From positions 45,769 through 109,768 of the IMG/VR virus record IMGVR_UViG_3300027869_000006: a DNA stretch of 64,000 bases. One strand, written 5' to 3'. Under the pieces are notes generated by a model. The model worked only from the letters and a program-made list of their open reading frames with translations, made no database searches and had not been told where the DNA came from. Shown piece after piece: positions 10,322-17,691 of this stretch. Position 1 is the stretch's first letter; each line of letters starts with the position of its first letter. Position numbers and translations under genes: made by a program. The stretch is from a virus.

Positions 10322-11562
10322 GTCAAATACCCCATGAATAAATTCAGGGGCTTGCAGCTAGGCGCGTCCTGCTACAGTAGGCACTTTGACGGGTGCCCGA
10401 GAGATATTGATGGCAGCATTGATGTCAGCGTTCATCGACATGCCGCACTTGACACAACAGAAGGAGACTTGACTCTTGCGGTTCTCTTTCGCACAGTGCC
10501 CACAAGCAGAGCACGTTCGAGACGTATTGCGGGGGTCTACCGTGTGTAACGACACACCAGCAAGAGCAGCCTTATACGAGAGGAATTGACGAAGTTAAGC
10601 AAAGGCCCAGGATGTAAAGCGATTGCGCTGAGAACGTCTAACCGTGCTATCGGTGCGTTTCCGAATGTGCCTGAGTTCTTCAATCGCTATTCCTTGTTTG
10701 TTGGCCTTTGCTTTCGCAATGATCCGTTTGGAGATCACATGATTGGTATTGCGCTTGAACCTGGCTTCTTTGCCAGAGAGCTTCTTGAGATGCCGTTTGG
10801 CGGATTTCGTGCCGCGCTTTTGCAAACGTTGACGCAAGGCGTGCATACGTGTACGCACCTTCTCAACCTGCTCACCGCTAAAGGTGTCCCCGTCACTGTC
10901 GGTCGCCAGGTTGACGATGCCAAGATCGATGCCAAGCGTCTCAGTCACTTCATCGGGCGTAGGTTCTGGAACATCAAGCGTGACAGCCAGGTAGAAGGTA
11001 CCATCACGCCAAATCAAATCGGCCTGTCCTTTGATCTTGTCCATACGGGCTTGCTGATAGCCACCAATGCGGAAGGGCACAAGTACCCGTCCAGTGGTTG
11101 TCAAGAGGGAAACGGTAGTGAGTCCTTTGAAGGACATCACGCGGGGATCATAGACAATGGCACCTCTGGCATCAAACGTTGGCATGATACTCTTGTCGCG
11201 CTTGTAGGCTTCGGTCGCTTTGCTAATACAGCGGATGGCGAGTTGAGCAGGCAGATTGTACCACTTGCGCAAATAGCCATAGACCAGCTTTTGCAGTGCA
11301 AACTTATTGGCACTCTTCTCCAGAAAGGCGATTTGCGCCACATAGTTTGCCCCTGCATTGAAGCAATCCATCGTCAACAACAAGGCTTTGTATTGTTCTT
11401 CAGTTGGGGCAAGCTTCAAGAGCATCGTTTGTTTCATAGACATATTGTAGCATCATTGATGAAAGTTGTCAATAGGCGAGATGATACCCAACCCATCTTG
11501 CCCATAAGGAAGGGCTTGCTTACCCCATGCTTAAAAGACAGGGACTTCCGCAAGCCCGATTG
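10322..11562 (-). mobile_element. IS200/IS605-family (IS1341-type, tnpB-only) insertion sequence
   Basis: Minus-strand left end TCAC|CAATCGGGCTTGCGGAAGTCCCTGTCTTTTAAGCATGGGGTAAGCAAGCCC; right end GCAAGCCCCTGAATTTATTCATGGGGTATTTGAC; related subterminal hairpins; no tnpA. Confidence 0.8.
10358..11443 (-). pseudogene. tnpB: TnpB RNA-guided nuclease with in-frame premature stop
   Basis: LGIDLG (RuvC-I), IAIEEL (RuvC-II), then SWAFA-TAA(10595-10597)-LRQFLSYKA...CSACG...CVKCG...ADINAAINI in the same frame. Confidence 0.88.
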
Positions 11563-11614
11563 GTGAGAGAGACCTCCCTTGACAACCACGTACAATGGGA
11601 AGAAGGAGAGAAGT

Positions 11615-12658
11615 ATGCCTGATTACCCCCTGGCTGAGGAACACTTTGTACCTCGATCATATATGTTCGATAGCAATGCATGCAAAGTTTTGGTAATTCA
11701 CAAGACGGGTGGAGACGCAACCCCTGCGGCGATCCTTCAAACGTTTCTCACGAACCCGGATCGACCATCGGTCCATTATGGCGTAGGCACAGATGGGAGT
11801 ATCTGGCAGTACGTCCCTGAAGCACTCGGCGCGGGCGGGAACTGTTGCGTGGAACCGGGCTATGACCCATTCTGGGCACAATTTAACCCGATGGCTGTTG
11901 GGTCATCTTCTGGAACCAACCTGAATACAGTCACACTCTCTCTTGAGCATTGCGATGCGGCACTTGACAATAGTACGCCACTTACCCCAACTCAGCAAGA
12001 TGCGAGCTTCAAACTCATTGCCTACCTGGTCGCCAAGTATAGCATCCCCCTTTCACACATCAAGGGCCACAATACAATTGACCCACAGAGTCGCGCCCGT
12101 TGCCCAGGTAACTACCCCTGGCCCGCGTTATTTGCCTATCTACAAAATGGAGGGAATATGGCAGGAGTACCAATCGGCTGGCAATACGACCAGGCGACGC
12201 AAACATTGACGGACCCCAACGGTGGGAAGGTAGGTCCACCCTATAGCGCACACGTGTTAGCAAGTAACTGGGACCCGCATAACTTTCTTTGGATCGCCGC
12301 CTACCATACCAATCAGCTGGAAGCAGCGAACCCTGGCCTGGGTGCGGGGACACAAATCATCTTCTATGAGTCCATGCTGTGCGTGCCTGATAATCCCCCA
12401 GACCCGAACCTTGCGAACCTGAAGGGAAAAGTGGTCACGGAATATGTCGGGATTGAAGCGGCCTATGCCCGTAGTCAGTGGACCCGCTATTCGGGAATAG
12501 CCCAACAGTTTCAAACACAATTCACAGAGGAGCAGACAAAAAATACGGCCCTGACTGCCCAAGTCGCACAACTGGAAGCACAGATCGCCGCGCTCTCCCA
12601 ACCCACGGCGGATGCACAGGCGATTGTGCAGATCAAGCAGATTGTGGCGGCGCTATGA
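11615..12658 (+). CDS. Endolysin, N-acetylmuramoyl-L-alanine amidase (Amidase_2) with C-terminal coiled coil
   Basis: LVIHKT, SVHYGV, LSLEH, IKGH, CPG zinc-amidase motifs; AGGAG RBS before ATG 11615. Confidence 0.85.
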   Translation: MPDYPLAEEHFVPRSYMFDSNACKVLVIHKTGGDATPAAILQTFLTNPDRPSVHYGVGTDGSIWQYVPEALGAGGNCCVEPGYDPFWAQFNPMAVGSSSGTNLNTVTLSLEHCDAALDNSTPLTPTQQDASFKLIAYLVAKYSIPLSHIKGHNTIDPQSRARCPGNYPWPALFAYLQNGGNMAGVPIGWQYDQATQTLTDPNGGKVGPPYSAHVLASNWDPHNFLWIAAYHTNQLEAANPGLGAGTQIIFYESMLCVPDNPPDPNLANLKGKVVTEYVGIEAAYARSQWTRYSGIAQQFQTQFTEEQTKNTALTAQVAQLEAQIAALSQPTADAQAIVQIKQIVAAL

Positions 12659-12792
12659 AGTGGTTTTTCAGATGGGTCCATCAAGTGATGTCTTTGTTAC
12701 ACAAGAGGCGCAGCTATAGCGAAACGATCCTGGCTGAGAAGCCGATCCGTTACTATCGACTCGATGGAAGTGACACAACACGTGAGCAATGA
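12655..12792 (+). CDS. 45-aa ORF carrying only the N-terminal motif of the LamG modules
   Basis: ATGA overlap with endolysin stop; YSETILAEKPIRYYRLD resembles YRTTILADNPLYYNRAG and YASVIQADTPLWYGRGD in the tail genes. Confidence 0.45.
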   Translation: MKWFFRWVHQVMSLLHKRRSYSETILAEKPIRYYRLDGSDTTREQ

Positions 12793-13507
12793 AGAGTGCA
12801 AACTGATTGCATACCAACTCTATGATGGTGATCTCCCCATGCAAATCGTTCCGGCACCGCGCAAACGGCAGTGGATGGATCAGACGCCACAGAGTTTTGC
12901 GAACCGTTGCCTCCCGCTCTTACTGGGAAATGCGAGCGGCTGGTGGCTCTTGAACACGCACGAGATACAGGTGACCTGGAACGGCGGCACTGATCTCTCC
13001 GCGCTCACCATCGCGGGTCGGGGTAGTTCGGAGACCGGCTATGCACTGAGCCATTTTGGTAACGGTCTCTTAACTTGGAATATTCCCCTGCTCTTTTCCA
13101 CGCCCCCTGGATATAATTTGCTGGTACGTGGCCCTGCAAACTGGCCCAAAGACGGGGCATACGCACTGGACGGGCTTGTGGAGACAGATCACGCTGTGGC
13201 GACATGGACCATGAACTGGAAGATGACGCGGCCTGGCCTGACCGTCACCTTTGCCAAGGGCGAACCGATAGCACAAATCGTGCCACAGAAGCGTGGAGAA
13301 CTAGAGACATTCACCCCGCAAGTACGGAACATCAGAGAGGCACCAGAGTTACAAGCTGCATACAATGCGTGGGCATCTAGTCGCTCAACATTCAATATGG
13401 AACTGAAGAGACCAGGGTCAGAGGCAGTGAAGCGGCAATGGCAAAAGGATTACTTCCAAGCATCCCATCAAACAAAGGTCGCATTGAAGGAGTTCACAAC
13501 TCCATGA
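12764..13507 (+). CDS. DUF6065-family protein
   Basis: RQWMDQT..FANRCLPL..GN..GW, SHFGNG, GPANWPKDG, GLVETD, TMNWKMTRPG. Confidence 0.75.
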   Translation: MEVTQHVSNEECKLIAYQLYDGDLPMQIVPAPRKRQWMDQTPQSFANRCLPLLLGNASGWWLLNTHEIQVTWNGGTDLSALTIAGRGSSETGYALSHFGNGLLTWNIPLLFSTPPGYNLLVRGPANWPKDGAYALDGLVETDHAVATWTMNWKMTRPGLTVTFAKGEPIAQIVPQKRGELETFTPQVRNIREAPELQAAYNAWASSRSTFNMELKRPGSEAVKRQWQKDYFQASHQTKVALKEFTTP

Positions 13508-13543
13508 CATCTCTCTCTCATTTCTTAGACAGTTGGAGGACAT

Positions 13544-14128
13544 ATGGCAACGACACCGACAAAAACCCCGAAGCAGCAAGCCTCACTCGCAGGCGTCTGG
13601 CAGGGCATTGAGGCACCAATCATCGGTATCCTCCTCTCCCTTGCCGTAGCTATTCAGCAGTATTTTAGTACCCATAGTGCCCCAAATTGGGGAGAACTGG
13701 GAATGATCCTGTTCCCGACCGTCATTGTTGGTATTGTGCAAGCACTCAAGCAGTTCAATGCAACACTCGGGCAGGCATCAGTTCCCATCGTCACCGTCCC
13801 GCCGCCCGCACCGGTTGTCTCACCATCCGACATTGCGGCAGCGATACGACAGCAGGTACCAGGACTGGTCATACAACAGCCACCGGCACCACCGTCGTTC
13901 ATTGCGCCGTCAGTGCCACCAGGAGGATACGATACGACGCTGGTCCAACCCCTCTCATTCGCCCCTCTGACCACGCCTGCCCAGCCACAACAACCGTACA
14001 CGTGGTCACAGCCAGAACCATCCCCGACACTCACGACACCTGCGCCAGTAATTACGCCGGTATTGTCACTGCCAAGTACGTTTCCGCAAACACTCGATTT
14101 ACCAATCGTACGACCACAAATTGAGTAA
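13544..14128 (+). CDS. Holin-like membrane protein (2 TM) with Pro/Thr-rich tail
   Basis: Two TM segments, GGAGG RBS, located in the lysis region. Confidence 0.6.
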   Translation: MATTPTKTPKQQASLAGVWQGIEAPIIGILLSLAVAIQQYFSTHSAPNWGELGMILFPTVIVGIVQALKQFNATLGQASVPIVTVPPPAPVVSPSDIAAAIRQQVPGLVIQQPPAPPSFIAPSVPPGGYDTTLVQPLSFAPLTTPAQPQQPYTWSQPEPSPTLTTPAPVITPVLSLPSTFPQTLDLPIVRPQIE

Positions 14129-14129
14129 T

Positions 14130-14167
14130 AATAAAGGGTACTACATCTGCATGTAGTACCCTTTATT
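14130..14167. terminator. Bidirectional intrinsic terminator
   Basis: Perfect 17-bp stem AATAAAGGGTACTACAT-CTGC-ATGTAGTACCCTTTATT between convergent transcription units. Confidence 0.85.
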
Positions 14168-14170
14168 CAT

Positions 14171-14363
14171 CCCATACCATACCGCATCCCGCCGGACTGC
14201 ACCCCACCCAGCCTTGCCAGACATTACCCCGCATCGCCACGCCTTACCCCACCGAACTACACCTTACCAACCAGACCATGCCGAACCCGACCGGACCACG
14301 CTATACCGTACCTTACCTTACTGAACCCAGCCAAGCCGGACCTCACCATACCTACCGTGCCAT
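14171..14363 (-). ncRNA. Pentamer array A (NN-GGY units; putative gapped-code guide RNAs)
   Basis: Plus strand parses as RCC-NN: 19 units (14171-14265), 4-nt break, 16 units (14270-14349), 4-nt break, 2 units. Confidence 0.75.
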
Positions 14364-14581
14364 TAAGCGTATCGTGTTTGGTCTGTCTCCCAGTTCACTA
14401 AACGTACAGGTGTCACATCTAAGTCTGTGATAGGAATGCCATACTTTTCTTCAGCTAAACTCAGTCCTTCCTGAGCATCACTAGCGGTTATCTCACCCAC
14501 TATAGGCACCTGCTGCTTTCTTAGCTTGGCATGCACGGTAGTGTCATGTCCCTTATACCAAACATCGAACCTATGCAACAT
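14363..14581 (-). CDS. 72-aa accessory protein translationally coupled to the RAMP gene
   Basis: TAATG stop/start overlap at 14583-14579; stop abuts array A. Confidence 0.65.
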   Translation of the reverse strand: MLHRFDVWYKGHDTTVHAKLRKQQVPIVGEITASDAQEGLSLAEEKYGIPITDLDVTPVRLVNWETDQTRYA

Positions 14582-15129
14582 TACTTCACCTTTTCCCATG
14601 ACACAAGAGCAAATCTCCCATACGGCCCTTTCTTTGCAGGACGGAAGTCACCAATGCCAACAAGTCGCCCTGCATCGGTGAGTATGTCACGGATAAGACG
14701 TTCACCAACTAGATCGGTATCAATCTGAACATCAAACTCCATATTCCACTCATCGAACATTGGCCTGTGGCGTAGAATACGCCCCCCAGTCGCTTTAATG
14801 ACAACAGCCCGTGAGTCCACATGCCATTCCCCTACCAGAGGAATTTCAAATGGGCTAACATAGACCCCTGCCGCTACATCAGTTGTCGCAGCCCTCCGTC
14901 CAATTTTGTGTCGTGATGCTGCTGCAATCATTGACTGCCGAATATTCTCAGCCGGATAGAATGGGCTATGTTCATTGGTATACAGGCGACTTGCCGCATC
15001 TTCATGAGGAGCCGGATATTCTTTCCGACCATGTGTTCCTGAAGTTGCTTCCTCTGCCGCTGCCTCATGAAAACGATTCACGATGAGCGGCGTCAAACTC
15101 GTAATGTTGACCTTGTACGTTACAATCAT
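14581..15129 (-). CDS. Stand-alone Cas7/RAMP-like RNA-binding protein (Vipr-like), 182 aa
   Basis: N-terminal strand YKVNITSLTPLIV, PAENIRQSM helix, thumb-like DSRAVVIKATGGRILRHRPMF, C-terminal Gly-rich loop AGRLVGIGDFRPAKKGPYGRF; GAAAGGA RBS before ATG 15129; flanked by pentamer arrays. Confidence 0.75.
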   Translation of the reverse strand: MIVTYKVNITSLTPLIVNRFHEAAAEEATSGTHGRKEYPAPHEDAASRLYTNEHSPFYPAENIRQSMIAAASRHKIGRRAATTDVAAGVYVSPFEIPLVGEWHVDSRAVVIKATGGRILRHRPMFDEWNMEFDVQIDTDLVGERLIRDILTDAGRLVGIGDFRPAKKGPYGRFALVSWEKVK

Positions 15130-15160
15130 GTGTGTTATCCTTTCTGTGTGAGTAACTTGT

Positions 15161-15192
15161 GTGGTGCCCTGCCCCAGTGGTAGGGCTACCAC
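15161..15192 (-). promoter_or_regulatory. GC-rich hairpin between array B and the RAMP gene (RNA 3' end, processing or attenuation element)
   Basis: GTGGT-GCCCTGCC-CCAGT-GGTAGGGC-TACCAC. Confidence 0.5.
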
Positions 15193-15211
15193 GCGAAACA
15201 AAATGAACAAA

Positions 15212-15604
15212 ACCATACCAGACCGGACCTCGCCAAACCCGGCCTTGCCAGACCGGGCCTTGCCAGACCGGGCCAAACCCGACTACACTAGACCTCATCA
15301 TGCCACACCTCCCATACCATACCCATCCTTACCGAACTGCGCCAGACCGCAACGTACCAGACCGCGGCAAGCCGGGCCGGACCCAACCTAACCTATTCCT
15401 CAGCAAACCATGCTATACCCCACCTGACCGTAGCACTCCTTCCAAACCGCACCATACCCAACCAAGCAGGACCCCGCGTCACCGCACCTGATCGGGCCAT
15501 ACCCCACCTGACCAAGCCGTGCCTACCTTGCCGCACCAAACCTCACCTCACTCAGTCTTGCCTCGCTGGACCTAGTCGCACCGAACCTGACCTTGCCGTG
15601 CCAT
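15212..15604 (-). ncRNA. Pentamer array B (NN-GGY units; putative gapped-code guide RNAs)
   Basis: Segments of 19 (15212-15306), 16 (15311-15390), 8 (15397-15436), 16 (15441-15520) and 16 (15525-15604) RCC-NN units, separated by 4-nt (one 6-nt) phase breaks. Confidence 0.75.
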
Positions 15605-16237
15605 AATCCTGCTATAGGCCAATTTCACGCAGAACTCAACGTCATTCCATACCTGGGAGCCAGTGAAGCGAAGAACGTACCAGCCTTGATCTTCAATCGT
15701 ATGCTGTCGCATATAGTCTCTATTTCGGTCTCTCTTGTGACTATGGAACGCTTGCCCATCAAGTTCGATTACTATCTTTGCTTCAACATGGGCAAAGTCT
15801 ACACGATACTTACTAATCCGATGCTGTCGCTCAAGAGGGATATCTGGATACAGCAGGCACCATGCTTCATAAAAGGCTTCCTCGATGGGACTTCCATTCT
15901 TGACGGATTGCTGAATTTCCCGTAAACGATTACGAGCCTCATTAAGTGCAGCCTCACGTTGTTGATTAGCAAGTCGCAAGGCTTCTACTCGCTCTGCTTC
16001 TAGTGCTTGACGACGTTCTAGGGCCTGCTCTCGCTTCTCCCGAATGGTTGCTACTTCAATCTCTCTCTGGACAGATTGCTGATGCTCATTCGCACGACGC
16101 TTCAACTCCCTAGCTTCCTGAATCATACTAGCTTTCTCTGCCGCAAGTTGACGTTGTATGGCAAGTTCATGCTCTCTGTCAGCTTGAAGTTTTCGTTGTT
16201 GTTCTTGATAGTCGTTGAATGCTTGCCAGTCCATCAT
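15572..16237 (-). CDS. DUF559/Vsr-like PD-(D/E)XK endonuclease with long N-terminal coiled coil
   Basis: SPIEEAFY, ERQHRISKYRVDF, IVIELDG..FH, RDYMRQ..IEDQGWYVLRFTGSQV; the last codons overlap array B. Confidence 0.85.
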   Translation of the reverse strand: MMDWQAFNDYQEQQRKLQADREHELAIQRQLAAEKASMIQEARELKRRANEHQQSVQREIEVATIREKREQALERRQALEAERVEALRLANQQREAALNEARNRLREIQQSVKNGSPIEEAFYEAWCLLYPDIPLERQHRISKYRVDFAHVEAKIVIELDGQAFHSHKRDRNRDYMRQHTIEDQGWYVLRFTGSQVWNDVEFCVKLAYSRIMARQGQVRCD

Positions 16238-16239
16238 GC

Positions 16240-16413
16240 TTATTGTTCTCGTTTTGTAGGCTTTTGCTGTTTCTGTTGTACTCGTTCTAATTCTTGGTTC
16301 GCTAAACGGTCAAGAAGACTCACGATACTCTCCCCTGTGATGGCATGAAGCATACGCAAGGTGGTAAGTGTCCTTGTCCAGATGCGAGTTGTTTTGTAGT
16401 CATCGGTAGCCAT
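16240..16413 (-). CDS. 57-aa ribbon-helix-helix-like regulator (not in the ORF track)
   Basis: MATDDYKTTRIWTRTLTTLRMLHAITGESIVSLLDRLANQELERVQQKQQKPTKREQ; strand-helix-helix pattern; leaderless start 6 nt after the -10 box. Confidence 0.6.
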   Translation of the reverse strand: MATDDYKTTRIWTRTLTTLRMLHAITGESIVSLLDRLANQELERVQQKQQKPTKREQ

Positions 16414-16419
16414 GAAGTT

Positions 16420-16448
16420 ATTTTACTACAAACAAGTGTTCTTGTCAA
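16420..16448 (-). promoter_or_regulatory. Sigma70-type promoter of the RAMP/array operon
   Basis: TTGACA-17 nt-TAAAAT on the minus strand. Confidence 0.8.
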
Positions 16449-16508
16449 GAGGAAAAGAAGACGCCCTTGACACAAGCATATACTAAGAGCAGAAGGGGGA
16501 ATTTTTCT

Positions 16509-17069
16509 TTGGAACGCGGGTCCGTTATTCTTTTTGAGAAGGATGGCAGTCTCTTCAATTGGCTCATCACGAAAGCAACTCATGGTCCCTATGTCCATGT
16601 GGAAATTTGCCTGGGCGAGGAACGCCTGATCGGTGCTCACGGTAACCGTCGCGGCATCTATGAGCGTGATTGGGCCGATGCACCTTCGTTAGTGACGGAG
16701 GTCTCTCTCTCCCCCTATGCCGATGAAGAGCACATCGAGCAGGCCCTTACCTGGGCGCAAGAGCAACAGGGGCATCCCTATGGATGGTGGGATATCGCCA
16801 GTCAGTCCATCAAGTTCTTGTGGCCAACGACACCGCTCCGGTTCAGCAAGTCAGACGCATGGGGGTGTGCAGACTATGTGACCCGCTATCTGATACAAGC
16901 AGGGGTGGCCTTGCCAGAAGACTTCATGGACCCTGGGAAAAACTCGCCCAACGATATTGGACGGTTGTTCCATCTCGTTCCACAACGGCCACAACGCATC
17001 AGAAAACGGGAGAGAGAGTTGAGGAAAGGTCATGCCATTGCCGCATTTGCCGCCTCCAGACGAGGATGA
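16509..17069 (+). CDS. Permuted papain-like amidase (YiiX/YebB, NlpC/P60 superfamily)
   Basis: G-S-V-I-L-F start motif, His in YVHVEI precedes Cys in WGCADYV, GHPYGW, SPND; AAGGGGG RBS before TTG 16509. Confidence 0.75.
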   Translation: MERGSVILFEKDGSLFNWLITKATHGPYVHVEICLGEERLIGAHGNRRGIYERDWADAPSLVTEVSLSPYADEEHIEQALTWAQEQQGHPYGWWDIASQSIKFLWPTTPLRFSKSDAWGCADYVTRYLIQAGVALPEDFMDPGKNSPNDIGRLFHLVPQRPQRIRKRERELRKGHAIAAFAASRRG

Positions 17070-17268
17070 CATCTATCTCACATCGGCGGAACTCGAGCAA
17101 TTACTGGCCACGACCAAAGAAGTGGAGCAATTGCAAGAGGGTAATCCGACCGTCACGCAGGCACTTGCCGCCGATAGACAGCGCCGCAAACTCTTACGTC
17201 GTCTGCTCCACGGTGTTGCCAGGCAATGGCGTCACACGCTATCAAGTACCGAGCCAGGAAAGGACTAA
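17032..17268 (+). CDS. Hypothetical protein
   Basis: RBS and operon position. Confidence 0.5.
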   Translation: MPLPHLPPPDEDDIYLTSAELEQLLATTKEVEQLQEGNPTVTQALAADRQRRKLLRRLLHGVARQWRHTLSSTEPGKD

Positions 17269-17271
17269 CTC

Positions 17272-17655
17272 ATGTACAATCTCTTTGCTCACATCAAGTC
17301 TTTGTTCGCACACACACCAGCATCCGTCGTCCCCATGCCTGCCACCCCCTCGACAGGAGCCCTGACCACTCCTGTCTCTTCCCCTGACCTCGTTTCTGAT
17401 CCCACCCCTCCTTCGATGAGAGATGATTTGCACACACGTCCAGCAGCCTCCACTTCGGCAGCCTCGCCCTTGTCGTTACCGGAGACAGAGGCGTCTTCCG
17501 TGCAGGTACCTGCTGTTGTGTTGGATGAGCAGCAGGTGACGACGGCTCCCATACCAGAGACAGTCAAACCGAAACGAGCGAAACGACCACGCAAGCAGCA
17601 GATCGTTCCCATCATCGAGAGGGAAGAGTCGCCGCCGACTCGGCTAGGACTCTGA
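17272..17655 (+). CDS. Hypothetical low-complexity Pro/Ser-rich protein
   Basis: AGGA RBS and operon position. Confidence 0.55.
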   Translation: MYNLFAHIKSLFAHTPASVVPMPATPSTGALTTPVSSPDLVSDPTPPSMRDDLHTRPAASTSAASPLSLPETEASSVQVPAVVLDEQQVTTAPIPETVKPKRAKRPRKQQIVPIIEREESPPTRLGL

Positions 17656-17691
17656 TCTCTCTCTCCCTTTCTCGTTTGCCCGTCAGATTAC

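Noticed and set aside
10586-11566. 326-aa plus-strand ORF
   Set aside because: Antisense shadow of tnpB
15311-15390. Decoded segment B2 resembles LEAKAVSA in TnpB (about 37595-37618)
   Set aside because: Only 6 exact dinucleotides in an 8-unit sub-window and the rest fails; expected by chance in a window-wide search
15065-15491. ORFs 15161-15391 (+), 15300-15491 (+), 15065-15301 (-) and the 49-aa N-terminal extension of 14581-15276
   Set aside because: Stop-poor translations of the repeat array; the RBS supports a start at 15129
14171-15604. Pentamer arrays as a CRISPR array or simple microsatellite
   Set aside because: There is no long constant repeat with unique spacers; only 3 of every 5 nt are conserved, and the variable pairs carry decodable information
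15441-15604. Segments B4/B5 resembling the FSKSDAWGCADYV region of the amidase
   Set aside because: Needs a gap or gives only about 4 matches; not convincing
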